A stretch of DNA of 64,000 nucleotides from Rhodothermales bacterium (GTDB lineage: Bacteria; Bacteroidota; Rhodothermia; Rhodothermales; JANQRZ01), in assembly GCA_965215165.1 (NCBI GenBank), contig CBDCCX010000006.1:524181-588180 (forward strand). The letters run 5' to 3'. This document shows positions 1-9,604 of the stretch, piece after piece (position 1 is the first letter of the stretch; every line of letters begins with the position of its first letter). The notes beneath the pieces were generated by a model, which was not told where the DNA came from, ran no database searches, and worked only from the letters and a program-made list of their open reading frames with translations. The translations under genes and the position numbers were made by a program.

Positions 1-38
1 GGTATCTTCGGCGAGGACCTTTCGCACGCCACCGACCG

Positions 39-395
39 ATGCACCTCGACGCGTTCCGCTCCGCCTGCCTCGCCCTGCCCGAAGCGACCGAGGACCAACC
101 CTTCGGCCCCGACACCCTCGTCTTCAAAGTCTGCGGCAAGATGTTTGCCCTGCTCGGCCTCGACGACGTGCCACCGCGCGCGAGCCTGAAGTGCGAGCCC
201 GAGCGGGCGGTCGAGCTGCGCGAGCGCTACGCCTCCGTCCTTCCCGGCTACCACATGAACAAGCGGCACTGGAACTCGCTTGTCCTGGACGGTGAGGTGC
301 CGGTCGCCCTGGTCCGCTCCATGATCGAGGACTCGCACCGCCTCGTCGTCGCGGGCCTCCGCAAGGCGGACCGGCAGCGGATCGAGACTCGCTGA
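39..395 (+). CDS. MmcQ/YjbR family DNA-binding protein
   Basis: 118 aa with family-typical motifs PFGPDTLVFKVCGKMFA, LKCEPE and PGYHMNKRHWNS. Confidence 0.9.
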   Translation: MHLDAFRSACLALPEATEDQPFGPDTLVFKVCGKMFALLGLDDVPPRASLKCEPERAVELRERYASVLPGYHMNKRHWNSLVLDGEVPVALVRSMIEDSHRLVVAGLRKADRQRIETR

Positions 396-507
396 GAGGC
401 GAGACGCTGCCCACGGCCATTTCATTTTAGCGCCATACCAAGACCGTATCTTCTGCCGTATCTCCTCTCCGAGTGCGTCCCCGACGGTCGAGCGGTCCCC
501 CTCCCCT

Positions 508-975
508 ATGTCGCAACCTTTATCGCTTCCTAGGAAGATCGCGCTCCTGCTGCTCTGCTGCGTGGCGGCCCTAACGCTGGTCACCGTATGGCAGTTCGTG
601 CGGTTTCCTCCGGACTTCTCGGACTTCAAGCTGACGAGAGGGCAGTCCGTGCTTCTGGTCGGCATGGTCGCCGGGCTGGCCTTGGGCGGCGGCTTGGCGC
701 TGCGGATGCGGCGGCAGCTCCGCACGCGGTCGCGCTACCTCCTGTGGACGGCGGCGTGCGTCTACTTCTTCGCCGGCACCCTCCTGGCGCTCGTCTTCGG
801 CCGGTGGACGGTCTCGTCGGTCGCCATCGGCGTGGGGTGCATCGTGGCGTTCGGCATCGCGCTCTGGGGGGCGACGGCCGAGCGGCAGCGGACGATCGAG
901 TACACGCTCTTCCCGCGCGCGCCCCGGAAGGCGGGGCCGGGCAGGAAGGCACCCGTGGCGAAGCAGGGGGTCTGA
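508..975 (+). CDS. Hypothetical membrane protein (about 4 TM segments)
   Basis: 155 aa ORF with four hydrophobic stretches and a basic C-tail; C-rich start context; TATCTT at 447-452 upstream. Confidence 0.65.
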   Translation: MSQPLSLPRKIALLLLCCVAALTLVTVWQFVRFPPDFSDFKLTRGQSVLLVGMVAGLALGGGLALRMRRQLRTRSRYLLWTAACVYFFAGTLLALVFGRWTVSSVAIGVGCIVAFGIALWGATAERQRTIEYTLFPRAPRKAGPGRKAPVAKQGV

Positions 976-1128
976 CGTGTCGTCGGCTGGCTGCCGCCGG
1001 CTAGCGGCGGACGGAGGTGGAAGCGGGAGGAGGTTCTCCAGCGGTCCGAACTTCGGGAAGCCTGCTCTCGTTAGCAAGCCGGAGGCTATGCCTCTATCCT
1101 CTCTCGTCTCACTTCTTCCTACGCCGCC

Positions 1129-1839
1129 ATGCCTTCCCTCAATACGCTCCACCGCACGGCCCTGGGGGCCCTCTGCCTCCTGGCCTTCGCCGCCTGTTCG
1201 ACGACCGAGCGCGCCGCCGACGCGACAGCCGACGCTGCCGAAGACGTAGCCGACGCGACCGTCAGCGCTGCCCAGGAGACCGGCGAGTTCGCCGCCGATG
1301 TGGGCACGACCGTCTACGACGCCGCCGGCTCCGCCTGGGACGCCACGACCGGTCTTTTCGACGACGACGACGACCTCGACGCCGCTGCGCTCGTCCGCCC
1401 GACCTCAGCCGGATCGGTTCAGGGCACGGTCAAAATGTACGAGACGGATGACGCCGTCCGCTTCACCGTCAGCCTCCGCGACCTCGATCCGGGTATGCAC
1501 GGCTTCCATGTTCACCAGAACCCCTCGTGCGCTGACGCCGACACCGACGGCGACGGGCAGATGGAACCCGCTGGTGCCGCCGGCGGTCACTGGGACCCCC
1601 ACAACACCAACAATCATGGTGCGCCGACCGAGAACATGAACGACAAGCATGCCGGCGATCTGGGCAACATCGAGGCCGGCTCCGATGGGACCGCAACGGC
1701 GACGTTCACCGTTACCGACTTCGACCACGACATGGACGGTCGCGCCATCGTCGTCCACTCGGGACGCGACGATCTGGAGTCGGACCCCGCCGGCGGCTCC
1801 GGCACACCTGTCGGCTGCGGCATCATCATGGACCGCTAG
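1129..1839 (+). CDS. sodC: Cu/Zn superoxide dismutase family lipoprotein
   Basis: Lipobox LAFAAC; metal-ligand motifs HGFHVH, GGHWDP, NHG, HAGDLGNI, AIVVH; C-terminal GCGII. Confidence 0.9.
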   Translation: MPSLNTLHRTALGALCLLAFAACSTTERAADATADAAEDVADATVSAAQETGEFAADVGTTVYDAAGSAWDATTGLFDDDDDLDAAALVRPTSAGSVQGTVKMYETDDAVRFTVSLRDLDPGMHGFHVHQNPSCADADTDGDGQMEPAGAAGGHWDPHNTNNHGAPTENMNDKHAGDLGNIEAGSDGTATATFTVTDFDHDMDGRAIVVHSGRDDLESDPAGGSGTPVGCGIIMDR

Positions 1840-1863
1840 TGGGACGCAGGCCTCTGCAGGGTC

Positions 1864-1905
1864 CGCGCCCGCTGCCACGATGCTGGCAGCGGGCGCGCGT
1901 ATTTT
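1864..1905 (+). terminator. Intrinsic terminator-like hairpin after sodC
   Basis: Perfect 14-bp stem CGCGCCCGCTGCCA/TGGCAGCGGGCGCG (1864-1877/1884-1897) followed by CGTATTTT. Confidence 0.65.
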
Positions 1906-1933
1906 CAAGCTCTGACCCTCGCCCCCGAGCACG

Positions 1934-4663
1934 ATGCCCAAGGAGACCCCGACCTTGTTCCCGCTCTCGAAGGAACAGAAGAAGGAGCGCCGGAAGAAGG
2001 CCGCCACGCCGCTGATGCGGCAGTACTGGACGATCAAGGACCGCCACCCCGGCGCGCTCCTGCTCTTCCGCATGGGCGACTTCTACGAGACCTTCGAGGA
2101 GGACGCGCGCATCGTCTCGGACGTGCTCGGCATCACGCTCACCAAACGCTCGAACGGGGCCGCCGAGGACGTGCCCCTCGCCGGTTTCCCGCACCACGCG
2201 CTCGACCAGCACCTCCCGAAGCTCGTCCAAGCCGGCTACCGCGTTGCCGTCTGCGAGCAGCTCGAAGACCCCAAGCACGCCCGGACGGTCGTCAAGCGCG
2301 ACGTGGTCGAGGTCGTCACGCCGGGCGTCTCGTTCCGCGACGTGCTCCTCGCGCCGAAGCAGAGCCACTACCTCGCCGCCGCCGCCTGGGGCCGGGAGCG
2401 CGGCGACCAGGGCCGGGTCGGCTTCGCGTTCGTCGACGCCACGACGGGCGAGTTCTTCGTCACCGAGGTCGCCGAGGCGCGCTTCGAGGAGCTGCTGCTG
2501 ACCGTTGCCCCGGCGGAGCTGCTGGTCGACAAAAGGCAGAAGGACGAGGCCCAGCGGATCCGGGGCGCGCACTTCGCCTTGACGCCGCAGGAGGACTGGG
2601 TGTTCGGCTACGACTTCGCCTACGAGACCCTGCTGCGGCACTTCCAGACGCACTCGCTCAAGGGCTATGGGGTGGAGGACCTCCGGCTCGGGCTCGTCGC
2701 GGCGGGGGCGGCGCTCTACTACCTCGGCGAGACGCAGAAGGGCCGCGTCCCCCACGTCCGCCGCATCCAGCGCTACGCCGCCGACGACTACATCGCGCTC
2801 GACCCCCAGACCAAGCGCAACCTCGAGCTCGTCTCGTCGATGCAGGGCGGGCGCGAAGGCTCGCTCGTCCAGATCCTCGACCGGACCCTTTCGCCGATGG
2901 GCGGGCGGATGCTCCGGGCGTGGCTGGTGCGCCCGCTCCGCGCGGTCGAGAAAATCACCCAGCGGCTCGACGCCGTCGACGCCCTCTTCACCAGCGCTCG
3001 CTTGCGCCGAACCCTCCGCGACGAGCTGAAGCACGTCGGCGACCTCGAGCGGCTCGCGGCGAAGGTCTGCACCGGCCGCGCCACGCCGCGCGACCTGGTG
3101 ACGCTCAAGCTCACCCTCCGGCAGATCCCGCTGCTCAAGCAGGCCCTCGAGGGCGAGGCGTGCGAGACGCTCGCCAAGATCCGCGACGGCCTGACGCTGT
3201 GCACCGACCTGGTGGACCGGATCGGCGCGGCGCTGACCGACGAGCCGCCCGCCAAGATGGACGGCGGCGGCTACATCCGCGCGGGGTACTCGGACGAGCT
3301 GGACGAGCTGCGGACCGTCGCCTCGTCGGGCAAGGAGACCCTCGCCCGGCTCCAGGCCGAGGAGAGCAAGCGGACCGGCATCCCGAGCCTCAAGGTCGGC
3401 TACAACAAGGTCTTCGGGTACTACCTCGAGATCACGAACGCCCACAAGGACAAGGTTCCGGACGACTACATCCGCAAGCAGACCTTGGTCAACGCCGAGC
3501 GTTACATCACGCCGGCGCTGAAGCAGCACGAGGAGCGGATTCTGACGGCCGAGGAACGGATGGTCGAGCTCGAGAGCCAGCTCTTCGCCGAGCTTCGGAT
3601 GGAGGTCGCCGAGGCCGTCGAGCCCGTGCAGCGCAACGCCCGGTTCCTCGCGCTGCTCGACGTCTTCTGCGCCCTGGCCGAGGTCGCCGAGCAGCACGGA
3701 TACGTTCGGCCGGAGGTGGACGAAGGCGACGCGCTCGACATCGCCGACGGCCGGCACCCCGTGGTCGAGCAAGCGCTCGCCGCCGGCGAGGCGTTCATCC
3801 CCAACTCGGTCCGGCTCGACGGCACCGGTGAGCCGGGCGCGCAGATCCTCCTCATCACCGGGCCGAACATGGCAGGCAAGAGCGTCGTGCTCCGGCAGGT
3901 CGGGCTGATCGTGCTGCTGGCCCAGGTTGGGTCCTTCGTGCCGGCGGCCCGCGCCCGCATCGGGGTGGTCGACAAGATTTTCACCCGCGTCGGGGCGTCG
4001 GACAACCTGGCGGCGGGGGAGAGCACGTTCCTTGTCGAGATGAACGAGACGGCGAGCATCCTCAACAACGCCACGCCGCGCTCGCTCATCCTGCTCGACG
4101 AGGTGGGGCGCGGGACCAGCACGTTCGACGGGCTGAGCATCGCGTGGGCCATCGTCGAGCACCTGCACGAGCGGCCGGAGGTGGCGGCGCGGACGCTCTT
4201 CGCCACGCACTACCACGAGCTGAACGCCCTAGCCGAGCGTCTGGGGCGCGTCCGCAACGCGCGCGTGCAGGTGCAGGAGCACGACGGCAAGGTGATCTTC
4301 CTGCGGACCCTAGTCCCCGGCGGGGCCGACCATTCCTACGGCATCGAGGTGGCGCGCATGGCGGGCCTGCCCGAGGCCGTGATCCGCCGGGCGAAGGAGG
4401 TGCTCGGCTACCTCGAGGCCCACAACGCCGCCGTCGAGATCGTGCCCGGAGAAGCGGACGCGTCGGGGGACGGCGCGTTGCCCGCTGCGAAGTCGGCCGC
4501 GGCCTACGTCGCCCCGCCGGCGCCGGCGCTCCCCGTCGCCGCTCCGTCCGACCCCGTGCTGATCGAGGTCATGGACCGGATCGAACGCCTCGACCCAGAC
4601 CGGATGACGCCGATCGAGGCGCTGATGGCGCTGGCCGAGATCAAGAGGCTGGCGCGGGGGTGA
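1934..4663 (+). CDS. mutS: DNA mismatch repair protein MutS
   Basis: 909 aa; TPLMRQY, FRMGDFYETF, Walker A TGPNMAGKS, GESTFLVEM, LDEVGRGTST, FATHYHEL, SYGIEVA. Confidence 0.98.
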   Translation: MPKETPTLFPLSKEQKKERRKKAATPLMRQYWTIKDRHPGALLLFRMGDFYETFEEDARIVSDVLGITLTKRSNGAAEDVPLAGFPHHALDQHLPKLVQAGYRVAVCEQLEDPKHARTVVKRDVVEVVTPGVSFRDVLLAPKQSHYLAAAAWGRERGDQGRVGFAFVDATTGEFFVTEVAEARFEELLLTVAPAELLVDKRQKDEAQRIRGAHFALTPQEDWVFGYDFAYETLLRHFQTHSLKGYGVEDLRLGLVAAGAALYYLGETQKGRVPHVRRIQRYAADDYIALDPQTKRNLELVSSMQGGREGSLVQILDRTLSPMGGRMLRAWLVRPLRAVEKITQRLDAVDALFTSARLRRTLRDELKHVGDLERLAAKVCTGRATPRDLVTLKLTLRQIPLLKQALEGEACETLAKIRDGLTLCTDLVDRIGAALTDEPPAKMDGGGYIRAGYSDELDELRTVASSGKETLARLQAEESKRTGIPSLKVGYNKVFGYYLEITNAHKDKVPDDYIRKQTLVNAERYITPALKQHEERILTAEERMVELESQLFAELRMEVAEAVEPVQRNARFLALLDVFCALAEVAEQHGYVRPEVDEGDALDIADGRHPVVEQALAAGEAFIPNSVRLDGTGEPGAQILLITGPNMAGKSVVLRQVGLIVLLAQVGSFVPAARARIGVVDKIFTRVGASDNLAAGESTFLVEMNETASILNNATPRSLILLDEVGRGTSTFDGLSIAWAIVEHLHERPEVAARTLFATHYHELNALAERLGRVRNARVQVQEHDGKVIFLRTLVPGGADHSYGIEVARMAGLPEAVIRRAKEVLGYLEAHNAAVEIVPGEADASGDGALPAAKSAAAYVAPPAPALPVAAPSDPVLIEVMDRIERLDPDRMTPIEALMALAEIKRLARG

Positions 4664-4900
4664 GGGGCCCTGTGCGGAGAACGGGAGAATGCGGGATGGG
4701 GGCTAAAGGAGTGAGGGGTACCGCCGATATGGGGAGCGCGAGCCGCTTTTCCCTACCGGCTCGACACCCCTCCGTCCTCCTGTGTCCCACCCTGCCTAGC
4801 GCTCCGCCCAACGACGCCGGGCGCTCTGCTTCTTAGCCAGCGTCCCCCCGTCGGGGAGCGTCTGTGGCTAGGGTGGAGACGAGACCAGCTACCCTCTCCT

Positions 4901-7900
4901 ATGTCCAGCGTTACCCTCCTGTCCTACGTGTCCGCTCCCGTGCGGGCCTTCCTCCTCACCCTCGGTCTGCTGCTCGCCCCCGGCGCGCTCGCAGCCACCA
5001 TCACGGTCACGACGCTCGCTGACGAGCTGAACACCGACGGCGACTGCTCCCTCCGCGAGGCCGTTCAGGCAGCGAACACCGACGCGGCCGTCGACGCCTG
5101 CCAAGCGGGCCAGGCCGGAGCCGACGACGTCGTCTTCTCCGCCGCCCTCGCCGGAAGCGGGGCCACCATCAACCTGGTGCTCCGCCGGATCAGCATTACG
5201 CAGCCCCTCACCGTAGACGGCACCATCGGCGTCGGCGGCGAGACCGTCACCGTGGACGGGGGCGGAAACGGCGGTGTCTTCGGCGCGACCGTGAACGCCG
5301 GGGCCGTTACGCTCCGCAACCTCACCGCGACGAACGGCCTCCGCACCCTAGGCGGCGCGATCCGTGGCCGAACCGGCACGACGCTCACGCTCGAGAACGT
5401 CACCGTCAGCAACAGCGTCACCCCGACGAGCGGCGGCGGGATCTACTTTCAGGGCGACACCCTCGTGCTGAGGTCGTGCACCGTGCAGGGCAACGAAGCC
5501 CGAGGCGACAACTCCACCCAAGGTGGCGGCGGCATCTACGTCGAGCGCGGCACAGTCGAGATCGAGGACACCATCATCGACATGAACGAAGCCTCGGGCG
5601 TGTCCGGCTCGGGCGGCGGGATCTTCGTGTTCGCCGGCACCGTCACCATCAACGGCTCGGCCATCAGCGCCAACACCGCGAGCCGCGCCGGCGGTGGTAT
5701 TGAGGTGGTGGACGGCGAGGTGTCGCTCGACGGGGTCGTCGTCGAAGCAAACGACGCCGGTCTGAACCCAGGCAACGGCGGCGGGCTCCACATCGGCGGC
5801 GGCACCGTGGCCCTCGACAGCAGCAGGGTCGCGAGCAACGTAGCCGTCGAAGGCGGCGGCCTGTGGTCGGCCAGCTCGCTCAGCCTCGATGCGACGACGG
5901 TCGAGCTGAACATCGCTACCGGCGACGACGCCATGCAGGGCGGCGGCGGGATCTACCTCGAAAGTGGCTCGCTCGCCGTTGACGGCTCGGTCATCGCCAC
6001 GAACCAGGCGACGGGCGTCTCCGGCTCCGGCGGCGGCGTGTTCATCCTCGCCGGCACCGTCACGTTCACCGGATCCGCCATCAGCGCGAATGCTGCTAGC
6101 CGCGCCGGCGGCGGCATCGAGATCGTCGACGGCGAGGTGTCGCTCGACGGCGTCACTGTTGAAGCAAACGACGCCGGGGTGAATCCCGGCAACGGCGGCG
6201 GCCTCCACATTGGCGGCGGCACGGTGGAGATCGACGGCGGCTCGTTCAACGCCAACACCGCCGTTGAAGGGGGCGGCCTGTGGTCGGCCGGAACGCTCAA
6301 CATCGAAGGCACCCTGCTTGCCGAGAACATCGCCAGCGGCAACGAGGCCGACCAGGGCGGCGGCGGGGTCTACGTCCAGGCTGGCACGCTCGACGTCGAC
6401 GACTCGGTCATCAGCACGAACCAGGCGACGGGCGTCTCCGGCTCCGGCGGCGGCGTGTTCATCCTCGCCGGCACCGTCACGTTCACCGGATCCGCCATCA
6501 GCGCGAATGCTGCTAGCCGCGCCGGCGGCGGCATTGAGATCGTGGAGGGGGCCCTCGCGGTGGTCGACTCCGACCTCGGCGAGAGCGGGGAGGGCGACGA
6601 CGCACTCGACGGCAACACGGCCACGACCAACCCCGGCAACGGCGGCGGCCTCCACGTCTCGGGCATGGCGGCCGTCACGTTCGAGGGCGGCACGGTCAAC
6701 GGCAACGGCGCGGCCCTCGAAGGGGGTGGCATCTGGAACCAGGCTGGCACGAAGGTCCGCATCACCGGCACCGAGATCGCTGGCAACGGCTCCGATGGCG
6801 CGGCGGCTGACGACGGCGGCGGTGGCATCTTCAACAACGGCGGCGAGATCGACCTGACCGACGTCACGCTGAGCGAAAACACCGCGAAGGGCGAAGCAGC
6901 CTCGGGCGGTGGCATTCTGACGCTCGGCGGGGTCGTGGTGATTGCGGGCGGCGAATTGGTCGGCAACGTCGCGCAGCGCGCCGGCGGCGGCATCGAGGTA
7001 GTCGACGGCGAAGTGACGCTGACCGACGTGGTGGTCTCGGCCAACGACGCGGGCTCGAACCCCGGCAACGGCGGCGGCCTCCACATCGGCGGCGGCACCG
7101 TCAGCATCGACAGCAGCACGGTCTCGGGCAACACCGCCGTCGAGGGCGGCGGCCTGTGGAACTCGGCCACCGGGACGCTCACCGTCCGAGTCAGCTCCGT
7201 GATGGACAACATGGCGACCACGACCGGTGGCGTCCATAACTCCGGCGATGGCGGCACCATCACCATCGAGCGGAGCACTGTCTCGGGCAACGTCGCCGAC
7301 GAAGGGGCCGGCGGCCTCTTCTCCGAGGGCGGCGCGCTCAGCCTCGCCAACAGCACGGTCTCCAGCAACCGAGGCGACATCGGCGGCGGGATCTGGGCCA
7401 CGGACGGGACGGTGATGCTCAACAGCGTCACCATCGCCCTCAACACGGCCTCCACGAACGGCGGCGGCGTGTCGAGCGCCCCCGACAACGAGTTCCGCTT
7501 CGTGAACACGCTCCTCGGCGACAACACCGCGCCGGAGAAGCCGGACTGTGCCGGCGTCCTCGTCTCGGAGGACTACAACCTCATCGAGGACCTGGGCGGC
7601 TGCACGCTCGACGGCGAGACGGAGAACGTCATCGAGGGCGTCGACCCGGGGATCGGCCCGCTCGCCGACAACGGCGGGCGCACGATGACGCACGCGCTGC
7701 TCGACAGCAGCCCGGCCCTCAGCGCCGGCCTCGCCATGCTCGCCACGGACCAGCGCGGGGCCGAGCGCGAGGAAGGCACGGCGGACATCGGCGCGTTCGA
7801 GTCCAGCGCGATGCCGTCGAGCAGCGAGGACGACCCGTCGGCGGTTGCAATGCCGAACGGCTACCTCCTCGGCTCGGCCTACCCGAACCCGCTCCGCGAC

Positions 7901-8122
7901 CGCGCGACGCTCCGCTTCGGCGTCCGCGAGGCGCAGCCGGTCGAGGTCGTGCTCTACGACGTGCTCGGCAAGCAGGTGGCCGTGCTCCACCGAGGCCCTC
8001 TCGCCGCCGGCTCGGTGCAGGAGGTGCAGATCGACGCCGGTAGCCTCGCCAGCGGCCTCTACTTCGTCCGCCTGACGGGGGACGAGGTGCGCGCCACGCG
8101 CCGCCTCTCGGTGGTCCGGTAG
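4901..8122 (+). CDS. CSLREA / choice-of-anchor Q beta-helix repeat protein with T9SS type A C-terminal sorting domain
   Basis: Signal peptide; DGDCSLREAVQAAN; many GGGI(Y/F) repeats; GPLADNGG-THAL-SPA-DQRG-DIGAFE; CTD AYPNP...YDVLGKQVAVL...SGLYFVRL. Confidence 0.9.
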   Translation: MSSVTLLSYVSAPVRAFLLTLGLLLAPGALAATITVTTLADELNTDGDCSLREAVQAANTDAAVDACQAGQAGADDVVFSAALAGSGATINLVLRRISITQPLTVDGTIGVGGETVTVDGGGNGGVFGATVNAGAVTLRNLTATNGLRTLGGAIRGRTGTTLTLENVTVSNSVTPTSGGGIYFQGDTLVLRSCTVQGNEARGDNSTQGGGGIYVERGTVEIEDTIIDMNEASGVSGSGGGIFVFAGTVTINGSAISANTASRAGGGIEVVDGEVSLDGVVVEANDAGLNPGNGGGLHIGGGTVALDSSRVASNVAVEGGGLWSASSLSLDATTVELNIATGDDAMQGGGGIYLESGSLAVDGSVIATNQATGVSGSGGGVFILAGTVTFTGSAISANAASRAGGGIEIVDGEVSLDGVTVEANDAGVNPGNGGGLHIGGGTVEIDGGSFNANTAVEGGGLWSAGTLNIEGTLLAENIASGNEADQGGGGVYVQAGTLDVDDSVISTNQATGVSGSGGGVFILAGTVTFTGSAISANAASRAGGGIEIVEGALAVVDSDLGESGEGDDALDGNTATTNPGNGGGLHVSGMAAVTFEGGTVNGNGAALEGGGIWNQAGTKVRITGTEIAGNGSDGAAADDGGGGIFNNGGEIDLTDVTLSENTAKGEAASGGGILTLGGVVVIAGGELVGNVAQRAGGGIEVVDGEVTLTDVVVSANDAGSNPGNGGGLHIGGGTVSIDSSTVSGNTAVEGGGLWNSATGTLTVRVSSVMDNMATTTGGVHNSGDGGTITIERSTVSGNVADEGAGGLFSEGGALSLANSTVSSNRGDIGGGIWATDGTVMLNSVTIALNTASTNGGGVSSAPDNEFRFVNTLLGDNTAPEKPDCAGVLVSEDYNLIEDLGGCTLDGETENVIEGVDPGIGPLADNGGRTMTHALLDSSPALSAGLAMLATDQRGAEREEGTADIGAFESSAMPSSSEDDPSAVAMPNGYLLGSAYPNPLRDRATLRFGVREAQPVEVVLYDVLGKQVAVLHRGPLAAGSVQEVQIDAGSLASGLYFVRLTGDEVRATRRLSVVR
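5521..6545 (+). repeat. Intragenic tandem repeat, 417-bp (139-aa) period, about 2.5 copies
   Basis: Equivalent GGGGIY codons at 5521, 5938 and 6355; a block of about 115 bp starting GAACCAGGCGACGGGCGTCTCC is identical at 6001 and 6418. Confidence 0.9.
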
Positions 8123-8160
8123 CCCGGCTCCGCCAGCGCGTCCCGGCTCAGCCGGACCAG

Positions 8161-8197
8161 GCGAGGCCTCCCACTTCTTCGGAAGGGGAGGCCTCGC
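8161..8197. terminator. Hairpin between convergent genes (probable bidirectional terminator)
   Basis: GCGAGGCCTCCC-A-CTTC[TTCG]GAAG-GGGAGGCCTCGC: 16-bp stem with one bulge and a C(UUCG)G tetraloop. Confidence 0.75.
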
Positions 8198-8257
8198 TGC
8201 CTCGGGAGCTTCCGGCGTGCCCGCTCTACGTCTAGTTGCCTGGCACCTTCGTTGAGT

Positions 8258-9355
8258 TCAGCCCCTAGTCAGTCCGTTCGGCGCGTCCGAGTCGCCGGCC
8301 TGCTGCGCGGCGAGGGCACGGGGGATGTTGCCCGGCTCGGGGGGCGCGTCGCCGGTGGGCCAGCCCTCGCGCTGCCGCGTGCGGTCGCCGTCGGTGGCTT
8401 CGGTCTGGTCGTGGAAGAGGATCTGCTGGGTCGGGAAGGGGAGGTCGATCCCGGCGGCCAGGAGCGCGCCCGAGACCGCCTGGAGCACGGCGTCCCGGAG
8501 GTGGACCACCTCGCCGCGCACCGGCTTGCTCCACCACCGCACCCGGAGGTTGACCGAGCTGCCGGCGAGGTCCCACGTCAGCACGTCCGGGGCCGGGGTC
8601 TCGCGCACGCCCTCGATGCCCCGGACGGTCTCCAGCGCGATCCGCTTGGCCTCGGCGATGTCGTCGCCGTAGCCGATCCCGACGTCGTACTGGCTGCGGA
8701 CCATGTCGTAGGCCGTGATGACGGTCACCGGGTCGGTGTAGATGTTGCTGTTCGGGACGATGACGCGCCGCCCGTCGTAGGTGCGGATGAACGTCGCCCG
8801 CGTCTCGATGGCCTCGACGGTGCCGGTGTACTGGCCGGAGGTGATCTCGTCGCCGACGCGGAACGGCTCGCGCAGCAGGATCAGGATGCCGGCCAGCAGG
8901 TTCTGGAAGATGTCCTGAAAGGCGAAGCCGATCGCCACGCTGCCGATCCCGAGCAGGCCGACGAGCTCGCTGACCCCGACGCTCGGCGCGACCACCCCGA
9001 GCGCGACGAAGAGGCCAAGCAGGACCGTCAGCGCGTAGGCCAGCCGCCCGAGCACGATCCCGATGTTCGAGTTCGTCGGCCCCGGCGTCACGCGGTGGAC
9101 GAAGCCGCGTACTCCGCGCGCGACGAGCCAGAACAGCGCGAACAGGAGGACCGCGAGGACCAGCTTCGGCAGGACCGCAAAGAACCCATCGACGAGCGAG
9201 TCGACGGTCCGCCACGCGTTCGAGACCTCCGCCTCGATGCTGACCCCGGCGGTGTCGGGTGCGGCAGCGGGCGCGGCGGTGGAGTCGAGCGCGTCGGCGG
9301 CGGCACCGAGGGCAGCGGCCGCCGAGTCGAGGGCGGCGGCAGGAGCAGGTTGCAT
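8258..9355 (-). CDS. Small-conductance mechanosensitive channel (MscS family)
   Basis: LGIGSVAIGFAFQDIFQNLLAGILILLREPFRVGDEI, TFIRTYDGRRVIVPNS; start moved to ATG 9355. Confidence 0.9.
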   Translation of the reverse strand: MQPAPAAALDSAAAALGAAADALDSTAAPAAAPDTAGVSIEAEVSNAWRTVDSLVDGFFAVLPKLVLAVLLFALFWLVARGVRGFVHRVTPGPTNSNIGIVLGRLAYALTVLLGLFVALGVVAPSVGVSELVGLLGIGSVAIGFAFQDIFQNLLAGILILLREPFRVGDEITSGQYTGTVEAIETRATFIRTYDGRRVIVPNSNIYTDPVTVITAYDMVRSQYDVGIGYGDDIAEAKRIALETVRGIEGVRETPAPDVLTWDLAGSSVNLRVRWWSKPVRGEVVHLRDAVLQAVSGALLAAGIDLPFPTQQILFHDQTEATDGDRTRQREGWPTGDAPPEPGNIPRALAAQQAGDSDAPNGLTRG

Positions 9356-9604
9356 GGGCGAGGGCAGAAGAGATGAGAGGCGGAACGCGAGAGAAGATAG
9401 GCTCAGCGGCGGGAGGCTACGGGAGCGCCGGTGCGGAGAAGCGAGCGGCACCGACCGGAGTGAGCCTTTGGAACATCTCAATGGGGAGCTATGGATTTAT
9501 TGTTTTCGCGGCTGGCTTTTCTCCGTTTTTTGTGTTTCCTTACAGACTCGTTTGCCTAAGCCCTGGTGGCCCCCGGCTCCTTCCCAATCCTTACTCCCCC
9601 TACC

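Noticed and set aside
1826-4216. Long antisense or alternate-frame ORFs (also 5348-7990, 9617-10996, 22834-24858, 26951-29524, 47579-49174, 49414-51528)
   Set aside because: Shadow ORFs of real genes in high-GC DNA; Arg/Gly/Val-rich, no motifs, fully overlap well-supported CDSs
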